Shown here piece by piece: positions 1 to 12,131 of a stretch of 49,374 nt of DNA (its first letter is position 1; each line of letters starts with the position of its first letter). The position numbers and the translations under genes are program-made. Origin of the DNA: Girardia tigrina (taxonomy: Eukaryota); NCBI GenBank assembly GCA_001938485.1, contig MQRK01232013.1:1-49374 (forward strand), written 5' to 3'. Under the pieces are notes generated by a model. The model was not told where the DNA came from and did not search any database. It worked only from the letters and a program-made list of their open reading frames with translations.

Positions 1-126
1 TCGTCTTGTGGGGAGAATCCCCATTTTTCCCCTACTAAACATGTAGGATGCGGCAGGGACTACAAAATTCCTTCGTTATAACGAGAATTTCGTTATAACG
101 GTGTTCGTTATAACGGGGTTGCACTG
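1..126. mobile_element. Right end of a pogo/Tigger-like element or MITE (rest outside window)
   Basis: Three TTCGTTATAAC subterminal repeats, then ...GGGGTTGCACTG followed by TA, a typical CAGTG-type terminus. Confidence 0.6.
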
Positions 127-459
127 TATTACAAATCTACTACTTACCATAGAAAATTAAGGTAAGAAATTTATTTATATATTTCATAAGCACACAAATT
201 TTCTTAAACTTAGTTTAAAATACTAGTAGTCTTCATATTTTATATTGATGACAAAAAGTATATCACCGACCTTTACCTTTAAAGAAATTTTAGAAAGATA
301 TATACGAATAACATTTTGCAAATATTTTAAGTTAATCAAACTAATTTCGTTATAAACAACAACGACTTAAAGCAATAAAAACACACGAGTTTATTAGAAC
401 CAATAATTGAAATGAAATATTTCATGAACATTTATTAATTATTTTTGAAACGTAATCCA

Positions 460-1126
460 TTTTTATCATTTTTGGCTCTTTCATTATGAGTTTTGAGATT
501 CTTAAAATGTTCTTGAAAAACTGGAGGAATGTAGGGTAGTAAACACAAAATATCTTTATGCTTTTCCTCCGTTATTAATTTAGTGGTCGTGCATCATGGA
601 AATGTAATATTTCTGTATGTTTTTGGTCTTCCTCTGTTAGGTGAAAGATCCAAAACATAGAATTCAGAATCAGCCGAAGAAGTTTTATAGAACATCTTAT
701 AAGGTTCATTTTTCAAGAATCTCATCCATTGAAGTTGCAGCCAAGCGACAGATACACCCGCGGGATATTTTACTCTTTTTGACGTTGACCCTTCTAGTGG
801 TTTTGTTGAAATAAAATCCGACTGCGACATTCGTTGTACCGACAATATATTTCTTCCTCTACACTGTTCTATCAATTCATAATAATACTGAGAGTTGTAT
901 AAGTAATTTGTTTTTTGTTTTGATTTCTGTCAACCCAAAATCTCGGTCATTCGATAAAAAGGAATGACTAGATACCAAAAACTTGTGATCTATAGTTTTC
1001 AATATTATTATTTGAAGACTGAGCAATTTTCATTTATGTCAATGTTACTTTAATGTTAGGGTTTTGGGCAGAACAAGGATCACTGTAAGCTAATAGTTGT
1101 TTTTGAGTAGTTACATCCTTCATATG
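460..1126 (-). pseudogene. Degraded DDE DNA transposase C-terminal half, Sola-like
   Basis: Minus-strand pieces LLAYSDPCSAQNPNIK, DHKFLVSSHSFLSNDRDFG, WLQLQWMRF..FYK and KDILCLLPYIPPVF, with stops and frameshifts; includes ORF 594-875. Confidence 0.65.
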
Positions 1127-1973
1127 TGTTACGGGTTTTTGGTGAAATTTTAATTTTTGAATAATTAATTTGTAATATCATATTTATTATTAAATAAGTT
1201 CAAATAATTTATTTACATAAGTTTTTTTTAAAAAAAAATAAATACTTCGGATTAAAATTGAATTTTTAATTTATTACACAAAAAACTTTTTAAAAAATAA
1301 ATATTCCGGAGTAACAAAAATTGTAATTAAAATTAAGTTGTAAAATAATAAATCATAATGTTTTATGGAAATTAATTATAAACTGGGAGTTAGATTAAAA
1401 AAATAATTTATAATTGAATGTTTTAAAAATTAACGAAGAATAAAAATATATTTAGGAATTTAATTTTAACAGTAGATGTACCATTCAAATATACTAACGA
1501 TCTAAAATTATATTTAAGTTAAATAGTTTTTAAAAAAATAATATTGGAATTAAAACATCAAAATAATTCTAAATTAATAGAAATCGTTGTAATTTAACTA
1601 AAATACGTTTTTAAAAATGCTATTAAATAAAAAATGAAATTATGTAGATTTTATAATGTTTTTAAAGAAATTTTATAAAATATTAAAATGTTAATCCATA
1701 ACATTAATGTAATCAAAAAAAATAATAAATTCAATTTTAAATTAACGTTTTAATAAATAACTTATCCCTATTTATAATCCAGTATTTTTATGTATAATTA
1801 ATCTGGTCAAAAGAAAACAAAAGAAAATTTCCTTGAATAACATTCTTTAAATAATTGTAATTGTGATAGAAATAAAATTTTGTCCTGATGAATTCTATTC
1901 TTGATCAGGCATCTTCCCATAACGATCACTTCCAGTTGTTTAAGCATTCTGAGCACGAATTAACAACCCTACA
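1127..1973 (+). mobile_element. Possible solo LTR
   Basis: TGTTACGGG...CCCTACA termini, TATA-like motif near 1768, AATAAA near 1871; truncates the Sola-like remnant; no TSD found. Confidence 0.3.
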
Positions 1974-2330
1974 GAAATTTTAAAGGTAACTAAAAAACAC
2001 TTCCTGCAAACAGACACTTCCCAATTATTAATTCTTCAAAGGAAATATTTGTAGCTGCATTTTCTCATAGGTCTTTCAGAAGTTCTGAACCGACTATATT
2101 TAATGAATTGTTTAAGAAATTCTGGGTTTTTAACTCTTTTAGGTTCCAAAAATTATCAAAATTGGATTTTCTATGCGATCTAAATATTTTTTTGAGTAAA
2201 AGCTATCCAAATATTATATATCTGCAAATCACATCATATCCGCATGATTAACATATTTACATAATAAGTACGTTGCCATTAACCTACCTGAAACTCTATC
2301 TGTTGACATCGTGGTAAAATATATAAATTA

Positions 2331-2360
2331 CTAGAAAAAGACGCGTCATATATGACGAGT
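2331..2360 (-). mobile_element. Helitron-type 3' terminus
   Basis: Palindrome CGTCATATATGACG (2344-2357) lies about 10 nt before a terminal CTAG|T on the minus strand. Confidence 0.5.
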
Positions 2361-2901
2361 GAACTGAATTTTCAACTTTGAAAGTTTCTGTTTTAATTTT
2401 TAAATCGTAATTATTATACTTTATTATTAATTGTTTCGAATTCTGCGTTGATTTAACAGTCAGTCAATTAAATTGGCGTAGAATTATAAAATAAAACGCG
2501 AAGGTTAATATGTCGAAATATAGAGTGGCTAAAGCCTTTTAAAGAATGGGGGTGTGAAGATAATTAATTTGTTATATTGATATTTATAGTAAATAATCAT
2601 AATCATATTATAAATTATTTTAAGGATCCAGTTTAATTTTATGAAATTCCTGATTTGTTTAAATAATCAGAATTGAGCAATTTTTTGAATTTAAATAAAT
2701 TTTGATAAACGAATTTTGTTTTTATTAGAAATGGAACATTCTTACAGATATTATTGAAAAAAATTTATCAGATTATCAGAACTTGATATTTTAATTGAAA
2801 ATTACTAAATTATCTTTTTTTGTTTGACTTTGATTTATGGAAACTATCATTTTTTAGATTTCAGTAATTTTTTTTGTATTTTCCATTCTTTTTATTAGAT
2901 T

Positions 2902-2936
<35 letters not shown>

Positions 2937-2942
<6 letters not shown>

Positions 2943-3143
2943 AAAAGGAAGGCCATTTTTGAATATTAAATTTATTCGCAATACATACGCGTTTCATCAT
3001 TTCAGCATCTTCAGTGCAATGAAATAAAGAGATTTAGTACTATTTATATAGCCGAAAACTATTACATCATTCGTCTCCAAAACATGCTTTTTTTCTTATT
3101 TTTTAAAAAAAAAGTATTTTAATGATATTTAAAAATATTTAAA
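2937..3143 (-). repeat. Left arm of a Penelope pLTR-like inverted repeat
   Basis: About 200-bp imperfect reverse complement of 4808-5014; reads TATA, hammerhead, AATAAA outward; partial tandem copy at about 3165-3235. Confidence 0.75.
2982..3018 (-). ncRNA. Minimal type I hammerhead ribozyme motif with weak stem II
   Basis: UGCA-CUGAAGA-U-GCUGAAAUGAU-GAAA-CGC-GUA-UGUA; stem I UGCA/UGUA, palindromic stem III ACGCGU. Confidence 0.6.
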
Positions 3144-3273
3144 TAGTAATTATGCTTTAAAGGATTAATTACTATTTATATAGTTGAAAAACTATTACAT
3201 CATACGTCTCAAAAACATGCTTTTTTTCTTTTTTAAGTTTGCCTAAACGTGCAAGGTGATTCATCTAATCATA

Positions 3274-4795
3274 TACTGGTCGTCAAAATGATTAACGCAA
3301 ACAACTTTTTTGTGATAATTATTTTTCCTTTGAAATATTTTTATTCTGCCAATATAAATTATTTTCCTTATTCAAGTACTTATTATTATATTAATANNNN
3401 NNNNNNNNNNNNNNNNNNNNNNNNNNNNNNNNNNNNNNNNNNNNNNNNNNGGCGGTTTTTTAAAACGTCAAAATGAATAACGCAAATTTATTTATTTAAT
3501 TATTTCATTGAAATTTGTTAATTCTATTAAAGTTTATATATTATTTAGGTGATACATTTTTTTAGATAAAAATATGAAACCAAAAGAAATTAAGGATATT
3601 GCTAAATCGTTACGTGAGACTGGAAAAACCTATAACGAAATCGGAAATATTTTAAATGTTACTCGACATGCTGCTCGTGGTTTATGTGTTAATATAGCAA
3701 GGTCTTATCCTAAGAAAACTGGTAGAAAAGAATTATTACAAAAAAGACAAATTGAAGATAAAACGATGCGTTTCAAGATTAATTGATGAAAAAACGAAAG
3801 TAAATTCCTCAAAAATTAAACAAGAATGCGAACTAAATGTATCTACGTCTACAGTACAACGTTGTATGAGAAAGATAGGTTATAGATATAACAAGGCGAA
3901 AACACAAATTGTTTTATCTGCGATGCATAAAAGAAAGAGAGCTGAATACATAACCAATTGGATTTCCAATAATCACCCATGGGAAATCACTGTATTTTCC
4001 GACGAAAAGAGATTCTGTATTGATGCTCCTGATTGCTGGTACTCATATAGCATAGATTCAGTCACATTGATTAGACCTAAGAGACAATGCGGGGGTGGAA
4101 GTTTAATGTTGTGGCTGATGGTCCTCACGAAAGGATTATTATCATATAGGGTTATTGAAGGAATTTTTAAAGCTAAGACTTACGAAGCCTTATTATGTGA
4201 CATGATTGTACCCATAATTAAGTTAAACCTAGGCTCGAATTACTATTTTCAAGAGGACAATTGTTCAATCCACAAATCAAATGCAATTAAGGCCTTTATG
4301 ATAAATAGTGATATACAAGTTCTAGAATGGCCATCAAAAAGTCCCGATATTAACATTGTAGAGGACATATGGAAAATGATTTCTGATACGGTTTATGACG
4401 GCGCATCCTTTAGAAATAAATCTGAATTACTGAGTGTCATTAATAAATGTATTTTTGAGTTAAATTCAAGTAAAAGGGATATAATAAAAAAGTTATATGA
4501 AACATTTCGAAAACGTTTAGCCATCATATTGTGTAAAAACGGTGCATTGTACAATAAAATGTAGCTTATGTTAATAAAATTAGTTTGCGTTATTCATTTT
4601 GACGTTTAAAAAAACCGCCTAAGTGATAAATATTCAAATATTATTTAAACAAATCATATAATATTAATAAAATATTAATATAATAATAAGTACTTGAATA
4701 AGGAAAATAATTTATATTGGCAGAATAAAAATATTTCAAAGGAAAAATAATTATCACAAAAAAGTTGTTTGCGTTAATCATTTTGACGACCAGTA
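3274..4795 (+). mobile_element. Tc1-family DD34E transposon, IR/DR type, near intact
   Basis: TA flanks; about 215-bp TIRs TACTGGTCGTCAAAATG, each with two CGTCAAAATGA(T/A)TAACGCAAA direct repeats. Confidence 0.95.
3574..4564 (+). CDS. Tc1 transposase with one frameshift near 3740-3752
   Basis: HTH N-terminus (ORF 3574) plus FSDEKRF, FQEDN and WPSKSPDINIVE (D-34-E) in ORF 3752-4564. Confidence 0.9.
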
Positions 4796-4807
4796 TATTA
4801 AAGTTTT

Positions 4808-5014
4808 TTAAATATTTTTAAATATCATTAAAATACTTCTTTTTTTAAAAAAAAAGAAAAAAAGCATGTTTTTGAGACGTATGATGTAATAGTTTTCAGC
4901 TATATAAATAGTAATTAATATCTTTATTTCATTGCACTGAAGATACCGAAATGGTGAAACGCGTTTGTATTGCGAATAAATTTAATATTCAAAAATCGTC
5001 TTTCTTTTCATTAT
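4808..5014 (+). repeat. Right arm of the Penelope pLTR-like inverted repeat
   Basis: Inverted copy of 2937-3143; TATATAAATA 4901-4910, hammerhead, AATAAA 4975-4980. Confidence 0.75.
4933..4969 (+). ncRNA. Minimal type I hammerhead ribozyme motif
   Basis: UGCA-CUGAAGA-U-ACC(GAAAU)GGU-GAAA-CGC-GUU-UGUA; intact core and stems I and II, palindromic stem III. Confidence 0.7.
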
Positions 5015-5894
5015 TATTAAAAATGCCATTATCAGTTCTATATATATTTATGTGTATATCCATGGAATTTAGAAACCTGTTTTTGAAGGCTTTTTACTCA
5101 ATCGATTTTCTTCAAACTTTGCACACTTACTCATTCTCGATGACAATAAATGATTATGTAAAAGTTTGATCGAAAAAAACTTTTTAAGATCCCAAAATGG
5201 GAAAAAACGAAAAAATCGGAGTTCCCGAACAATATTAATTGCAACATATCTGCAACAACTACTTATAAATTATAAATGGTTTATATTGTTTTTTTAATTA
5301 AAATTTTTTAAATTTTAATAACTTTGTTGGCAAAGTAGAGTTCTGTCTGCATAAAGAATGGATATAAAAAAATTAATTTTTTGATTAACTAGTTTGTAAT
5401 AAGTTTTTAACTATAATAACTATAACTATATAATTATTTTTATTAATTTTCATTTCTGTGAAACTGAATTGTAAACGGTATAGTTTTAAGTAAAAGTAAA
5501 TTACATTTTTAATTTTTTGAATAATTTTAGAGATTTAAGTAAAATTAATTACAATTTAATTTTTTTGGTTTTTGTGATTATGTTTTTAATATATATGATT
5601 ATTGGAAGTGACAATTTTTAAATTTTTAATTTTAATAAATGATCATTTAAATTTTTATTTTATTAATTTAAATGTCATTTAGTTGATGTTTGGTTATTAG
5701 GAAACTGATATTTTTTAGATTTAAATAAAAGACAATATTATTATAAAAATATTATTATATTAAATATTTAGAATTAAAATACGAAGGATCCCAAATTTGA
5801 TCGTCAAATCTTCATTTAAAATTGATAAAATAATGTAATTTCAATCAGAAATATAAGTAAAAATATAATAATAAATTTATCAAAATATTATTTA

Positions 5895-6149
<255 letters not shown>

Positions 6150-6190
6150 TTATCCTTTAATTATTTATGAATGCATTATCGAAATTTTAC

Positions 6191-6340
6191 CAAGACTTCT
6201 TATATAATTGTCCATAACTGTCGGATCCACTTGTTGAGGATCTCTTTCAGATCGAGCAACATTTCGCAGATAATTTAACATTGTGGAATATTCACTCTGA
6301 ATTTGGGAAATTGATTTTGATTTAACATATTCAATAAATC
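6191..6340 (-). CDS. PIK3C3: Vps34 exon 17
   Basis: GFIEYVKS...VMDNYIRSL; in phase with neighbours; 51-nt intron follows. Confidence 0.95.
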
Positions 6341-6515
6341 CTAAACAAATTAAGTATCACAACCATAATGCTCCACATAAATATTTACTATTAAATTTAG
6401 GACACTCTTAATTATTAGAAAAATTGGTTTTCAATGATCTATTCAACAAAATAAAATCGAAATATAAAATTTCTTTCATTTATCTTTTAATGTTTAAATA
6501 TGTTTTGACAAAATA

Positions 6516-8118
6516 CAATAGCGTGCAAAAGTATGTGGACAGTAAAAAAATCGCAATTTTCCAAATTAAGCCATGAGTTTATAAGGTGATAAGCTTAAAT
6601 TTTGACCAGATATGTAATTTTTTATAAGCTTTTACGCTAAATAAATCTATTTAAATTTTGTTAATATTTTTATAACGAACATTCAATTTTCAAGTTTTAA
6701 CCCTTGCAAAAGTCTGTGGACAATTCATAAAATACATTTTTTAAATAAAGTTAAATGCTAATTAAATTTAAGTATTAATTTAAATATTAATTTAAGTATT
6801 AATTTTAAGTATTAATCAAATAAAATAATATTTAGGATGACCTTAGTCCGGGAAATGTCAGAAGATATCAAGAAATTGATTGTTGATGCTTATCTTATAG
6901 GAAAAAAATCTTATAGAGAAATTGCATCGCTTTATAATGTTAGCAAATCTGCAGTTGGTAGTCTTGTCAAGAGATACAATCAGCGTCATGCCATAAACAA
7001 CAAGTCACGCAGTGGAAGGCCGAGAGTAACATCACAAAAAGATGATAGAATTTTTACAAGATTATTGAAATCGGACCCTCGAAAGAATGATGTTGAATGG
7101 AATGAAATAATGAAAAAGGACTATAATGTTAAGTGTAGTGTTGATACTACAAAACGTCGTCTTCGGAAAGCAAATTTATTTGGTCGTTGACCAGCAAAAA
7201 ACCTTTAATCTTGGTAAAGAATCGCAAGGCCCGAGTCAAGTGACAAATGAAAGTCTTAACTGGACGTCTAAAGAATGGTCAAAGGTTCTTTTTTCTGATG
7301 AATTGAAGTTTATGGTCTTCGAGAGTGATGGAATTAAGTATGTAAGACGACCTGTTGGTAAAATATCTGCTACCTACGGTAAAACATGGAGGTGTTAATG
7401 TGTTGGTTTATGGTGCGTTTAGCCGTGAGATGGTTGACCCAATAAATCGCATAGAGAGCATAATGGATCAATATATGTACAAGAATATAATCGGTACTAA
7501 AATGTTAACTTTTGCAAAAGATAAAATGCCTCGAGATTTGGTATTTCAACAGGATAATGATCCAAAGCACACAGCCAAAACAGTACAAGATTTTTTCAAA
7601 GCCAATAAATTACGTGTTTTGAAGTAGCCATCGCAAAGTCCAGACTTAAATCCTATTCAGCATATTTGGGAATACATTGATCGTCATTTGAAAGGCAATA
7701 AGCCCAAAAATAAGAACGAGCTCTACGAAAAAAAATCAAGATATTTGGAGCAGCATTCCTTTGCATGTGATTAACAAATTAGTAGACTCAATGCCTGATC
7801 GTTGTAAAGCAGTTGTAGCTTCAAAAGGTTATGCTACAAAATATTAATAAAATTTACAATTTTTATTAATTTTTGTCAAAAATATTTTCTTTTTTAATAA
7901 AATTTTGAATTGTCCACAGAATTTTGCACGGGTTAAAAGTTTAAAATTGAATGTTCGTTATAAAAATATTAACAAAATTTTAAAAAAAGATTTAGTTAGC
8001 GTAAAAGCTTATAAAAAGTTTATATCTGGTCAAAATTAAGGCTTGCTACCTTATAAACTCATGGCTTAATTGGAAAAATTGTGATTTGCTACAGTTCACA
8101 GACTTTTGCAAGCTACTG
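6516..8118 (+). mobile_element. Tc1-family IR/DR transposon with degraded transposase (about 6837-7847)
   Basis: TA flanks, about 210-bp TIRs with GCAAAAGT(A/C)TGTGGACA repeats; RSGRPR, FSDE, KHGG, FQQDNDPKH and SPDLNPI motifs broken by stops and frameshifts. Confidence 0.93.
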
Positions 8119-8329
8119 TAGATTTTAATTTTTTAAAAATAATTTTTAACAATTAATTATTTATAATGATCAAAATATAAAATTACTAATCAAGACCCGA
8201 AAATCACTCTCCTTTACCATCTTGTGAGTTCCATAACAGCTCCTAATGTGATCTAAAATAGAGCTTTTTCTACTTGATTGGGCATGTTCAGGACATATGT
8301 TCTGAAGATTAGAGAAGCAGGATCTTGTT

Positions 8330-10260
8330 GAAAAGGTACCAAAAAAGTAATTACCAAATTTATAGAACAAGAAAGTGAAAGGACCACCACTGAAAGACAA
8401 CTGGCTAAGTACTTCTTAAAACCGAGTTATATAATTTCATTAACATAGGAAATCACGAAAGGATGAAATGGGTATTGCACCCTTCCAGGAGAATCTACAA
8501 AGATTGAGAGATTCAGGTAATAAAGTTTCAAATAGTATCAACAGATGGAAAAGGGAAAGAATGATTAACCTCAGCGATGATATTGAGAATAGTTTGAACG
8601 CAGGAGTTTTTAAAAGAAAGGGACAGTTTATTTGGAACTCCGTTTACTGGTAATTCTGAGACTAAGGTGCGTACACTTATTACAACTCGTAATAAGTGTA
8701 CGCACGATTTAAAATGATCATCTGGCAAGTCATTATCAAAAGCTTTTCAAAGTTCGCCCACTCATTGAATGAACTGAAATGACTGGATATTCTAGTGTAA
8801 GCTGCATCAATGTATAATCTCCAAGCGAGGATGAGATGCGGCTCGCTATATCTCAACTGGGAAGGCACTCGAATCGAATTGAGTGATTGCGGAGGTTTTA
8901 AAATTTGGAGGAAACCACTCATTTAAAAACTGAGGCTTGATTTTGAGATGATATGGAACGGAGATTAGAGCCAGTTCCCAGCAAAATGGAGAAGTACAAA
9001 AGTAGTAACTTTTCAAGAAAAAGGTTTAATATCTAATACAAATAATTATAGGGGTATATTCCTTATGAAGTAGCTGGCAAAATTTTGCACGAATTCTCGT
9101 AAATATAATCATGCCACTGATGGAAGAAAGACAAGATCCCAGGCACTTCGGTATCCGGACTAAAAGAGACACTCTACAGGTCATAAGTATACTTAGAAAG
9201 ATACAGGAGGCAGGTCGATATAGAAACCAGAAAGTACATGAGATCTTCATCTATCAAATCCTTTTGATAGTGTCCCACTTGAAGTCCTGGAGGTCAGCCT
9301 GAAGAGATTTGGTTTAACTAACAAAGTTCTTTGTTTCTGTTTGAAGTAGTGTTTTTTTCATGAAAGAGGGGACTTTGTTTATTTGACCTGATTTTTGATG
9401 AAGTCATTAAAATAGATATATGGTTTCGAGGGTTGGGGTAACTCTCATTGACGATAGTGATGCTGAAATGTAAGCCAATAGATTGGCATACACAGATAAT
9501 TTGGTATCATTGATTCATATATAGATCGTGCCTGTAGAAATCTGAATATACTGAGGAACACATTTTCCGAATTTGGATTTACTATAAATGCGACTAAGAC
9601 AAAAGTCATTGGCCTTACAAACGATTTGGTACGGGAATATCGCAAGTTAAGTATAGTGAGACCGTCATAGAATTGGTGAACGAATTCTGTTATCTTGGCA
9701 ATATATTGGCCACTAGTGATAGCTGCCGCCGAGATATTAGTCAACGTATATATACTGTGGAATGCGGAATCTTAAAGAGTTGCAACCCACAATTCAGTGA
9801 TATGGTGTTCTAATGCTATTGAAAAGGAAACTAGTCGAATCGAACATTTTCCAAACAGTCTATTATGGAAATGAATGTTGGAAAATGTCTGAAAATGTTG
9901 CACGGGTAAAAAGCTTGCCATAACAGTTGTACACGTACAGCCCGTAGAAAAACCAAGCTTGATAAAATTCATAATAGGGAATTATCGATTAGTTGGACTC
10001 AGGCAAGAGTAAGTCGAGTCAAGAGATGTATTGTATTTTGAGTACAATAAGAGAAAGGGGTGAACGAAGTCAAAAAATTTTAAACTCTGAACTGGTTTCG
10101 GTTAACCATAAAGTCGGTGACCGTAAAAAGCAACTGATGACAGAGCGTATTACTCGTAACATGCTCTGGATCTTCAACAATTAAGATGACTTGGCAGTAT
10201 ATAGACAGCGCTAAAATTCGAAATGGCTCCTTGACAAAGATAAGGAATTCAAATACCTGC
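8330..10260 (+). mobile_element. Degraded RTE-like LINE (endonuclease/RT remnants)
   Basis: Fragments GFTINATKTKVI, IELVNEFCYLGNIL...DISQRI, a QxGFR-like motif and an RTE-like C-terminal region; many stops. Confidence 0.7.
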
Positions 10261-11886
10261 TTAAAGGCCTTGTAATTGAAAAACTAAAAGAGGCTGTTGA
10301 ACAAGGAAATGAATATCCGTAGATGCTTCAACCGTATACAAGAGAGTAAGCTCTACATTCCTTCCTTGCAATGAAGAATTCACTGAGAATAAAGAATTAA
10401 AAAGACATAAAGAATTTACATCTGGACATGACTCATCAGCGACAGATGGGTGGTGGTTCTTAAATATGCCCAATATAGAACTGCTCCAAAGTTATAAAAC
10501 TAGAGCATGGTTGCATTAGCATATTTTAGTTGATCATTGAATAAATGTTAATAAAACTAATAATACCATCAATGCATGTAACGCCTCAGAAAAAAGACAT
10601 ACAGATACTTTGAATCCAAAAGTCAATATTGATGTGACAGTGTCTGTCGGTACTGATGACGAGAGCGATCAAGAAGTGGTTTTAGCTTTTCGATTGAATA
10701 ATATAACGCATAGAGGGATATTCGAATGTCCCTTTATCCGCTGCCCTAAGTGCGTTTTTACAGCCAAAGCCATATATAAAAGCATGATATAATGGATCAT
10801 GATTAGTTCTTTTTAGATGCAAACCGCAATGTGTCTGTGCACTGAAGACTCGTACTCTTTCATCCAAAGATATTTGAGAGGATCCGAAACTCTTGTATGT
10901 TTTGAGGTTTCCACCTAATACAGAATCTATGATTCACTGCATGTGCACCAATGCTGAGTATTGTAGTTTTCTATGCATACACAGTTATCCGTCACAGTTA
11001 GGAGAGGCTTATTATTAAAATATATAATTTGAAAATATTTCTCGTAATAATAATTTTTATTTTAATTAATTTGGCCGCAAAAAAATTCAATTTTGGTCAC
11101 TAAAGTACCAAAGATAGGTTGCAAAACTTTCGAACCTTTATAATCTCTACACACTTCATTTCATCCTACTCTGTTTCGTTCAAATGAAATCTTTCAAACA
11201 TATGCTAAAAGCATTAAAATTCACAAACAAACGACCTAAACAACTTACATAAATAACCAAATATTTCCTTATTTAAATCTGTAATTGTTCAAGATTTTTA
11301 ATTTCATTTCCAGAAGCACTGAAAGCCTAATATACAATGACATGATAATTAAAAAGTAGCAGAAACTTAATGGCTGAGGTAGAAAATGTTAGGAAATTGT
11401 CTGAAAGCTACAATTAAAAATTCAGCAGAGTAGACGAGACTTTTCGCTTCAGATTGTTTTTGAAGTCGATTAAATCTTCTTTCTTTAAGCATTTTTAAGT
11501 ACCTTTAACATAATTAATATTAATTAATCTTTCATATTTAGCCGACTTAATATATATTAATTTAATTAAAATGATACTGAAAGTTTTAAAACGTTGTTAA
11601 ATTTCCGAGACAGTCTTAAAATTTCATCGCAAGCCTTATCATTGGAAAAGTTTCATATCTAAAATTCGTTCTAAAACATGATCTTAAAACTTTTCGCATT
11701 TACCTAATTACTCCACGTTCATTTTTTCTCGGAGTGTTTCTAAAATGGTAAATTAATTCACATCTTAATTTCGATCCTTTCAAGTTAGTTGTAAAACTGA
11801 TTTTGTATATGATTGATAAAATACGATATTTTCTATTTAATCAAACACATAAAATAGGAAAATTGTTAATGTGAAAATAGTTATAC

Positions 11887-11956
11887 CTGAACGAGTGCTC
11901 GTTGCCAGAACTCGGTACGGTGTCAGTTTTAAATCGAAATTCTCTCGCCGTAAAAT
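11887..11956 (-). CDS. PIK3C3: Vps34 exon 16
   Basis: ILRRENFDLKLTPYRVLATSTRSG; AAG acceptor, GT donor. Confidence 0.95.
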
Positions 11957-12002
11957 CTTAAATTAATTCAAATATTTCTTTTGCTATTCGAAAATATTTT
12001 AC

Positions 12003-12131
12003 TTCATCCATAAAATTAATCATTTGTAATACAATTTGATCCTGGCGTAAATCGTCTCCATCTTTAAAAATAACGTCGTATTTCGAACCATCGTCAGATA
12101 GAAGGACCAACTTAATCGGAGCCAAACTGCT
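12003..12131 (-). CDS. PIK3C3: Vps34 exon 15 (catalytic Lys region)
   Basis: SSLAPIKL...YDVIFKDGDDLRQDQIVLQMINFMDE. Confidence 0.96.

Larger units (their letters stand above)
2879..5394 (+). mobile_element. Non-autonomous Helentron/HINE-like element, family A, copy 1 (interrupted about 2937-5037)
   Basis: Starts TTTTCCATTCTTT plus (TA)n, resumes near 5038, ends AAAGAATGGATA...CTAGTT; homologous to copies at 13046, 16134 and 18547. Confidence 0.6.

Noticed and set aside
10600-10960. Cys-containing short ORFs or SWIM-like zinc finger
   Set aside because: Fragmentary and frame-broken; cannot be assigned.
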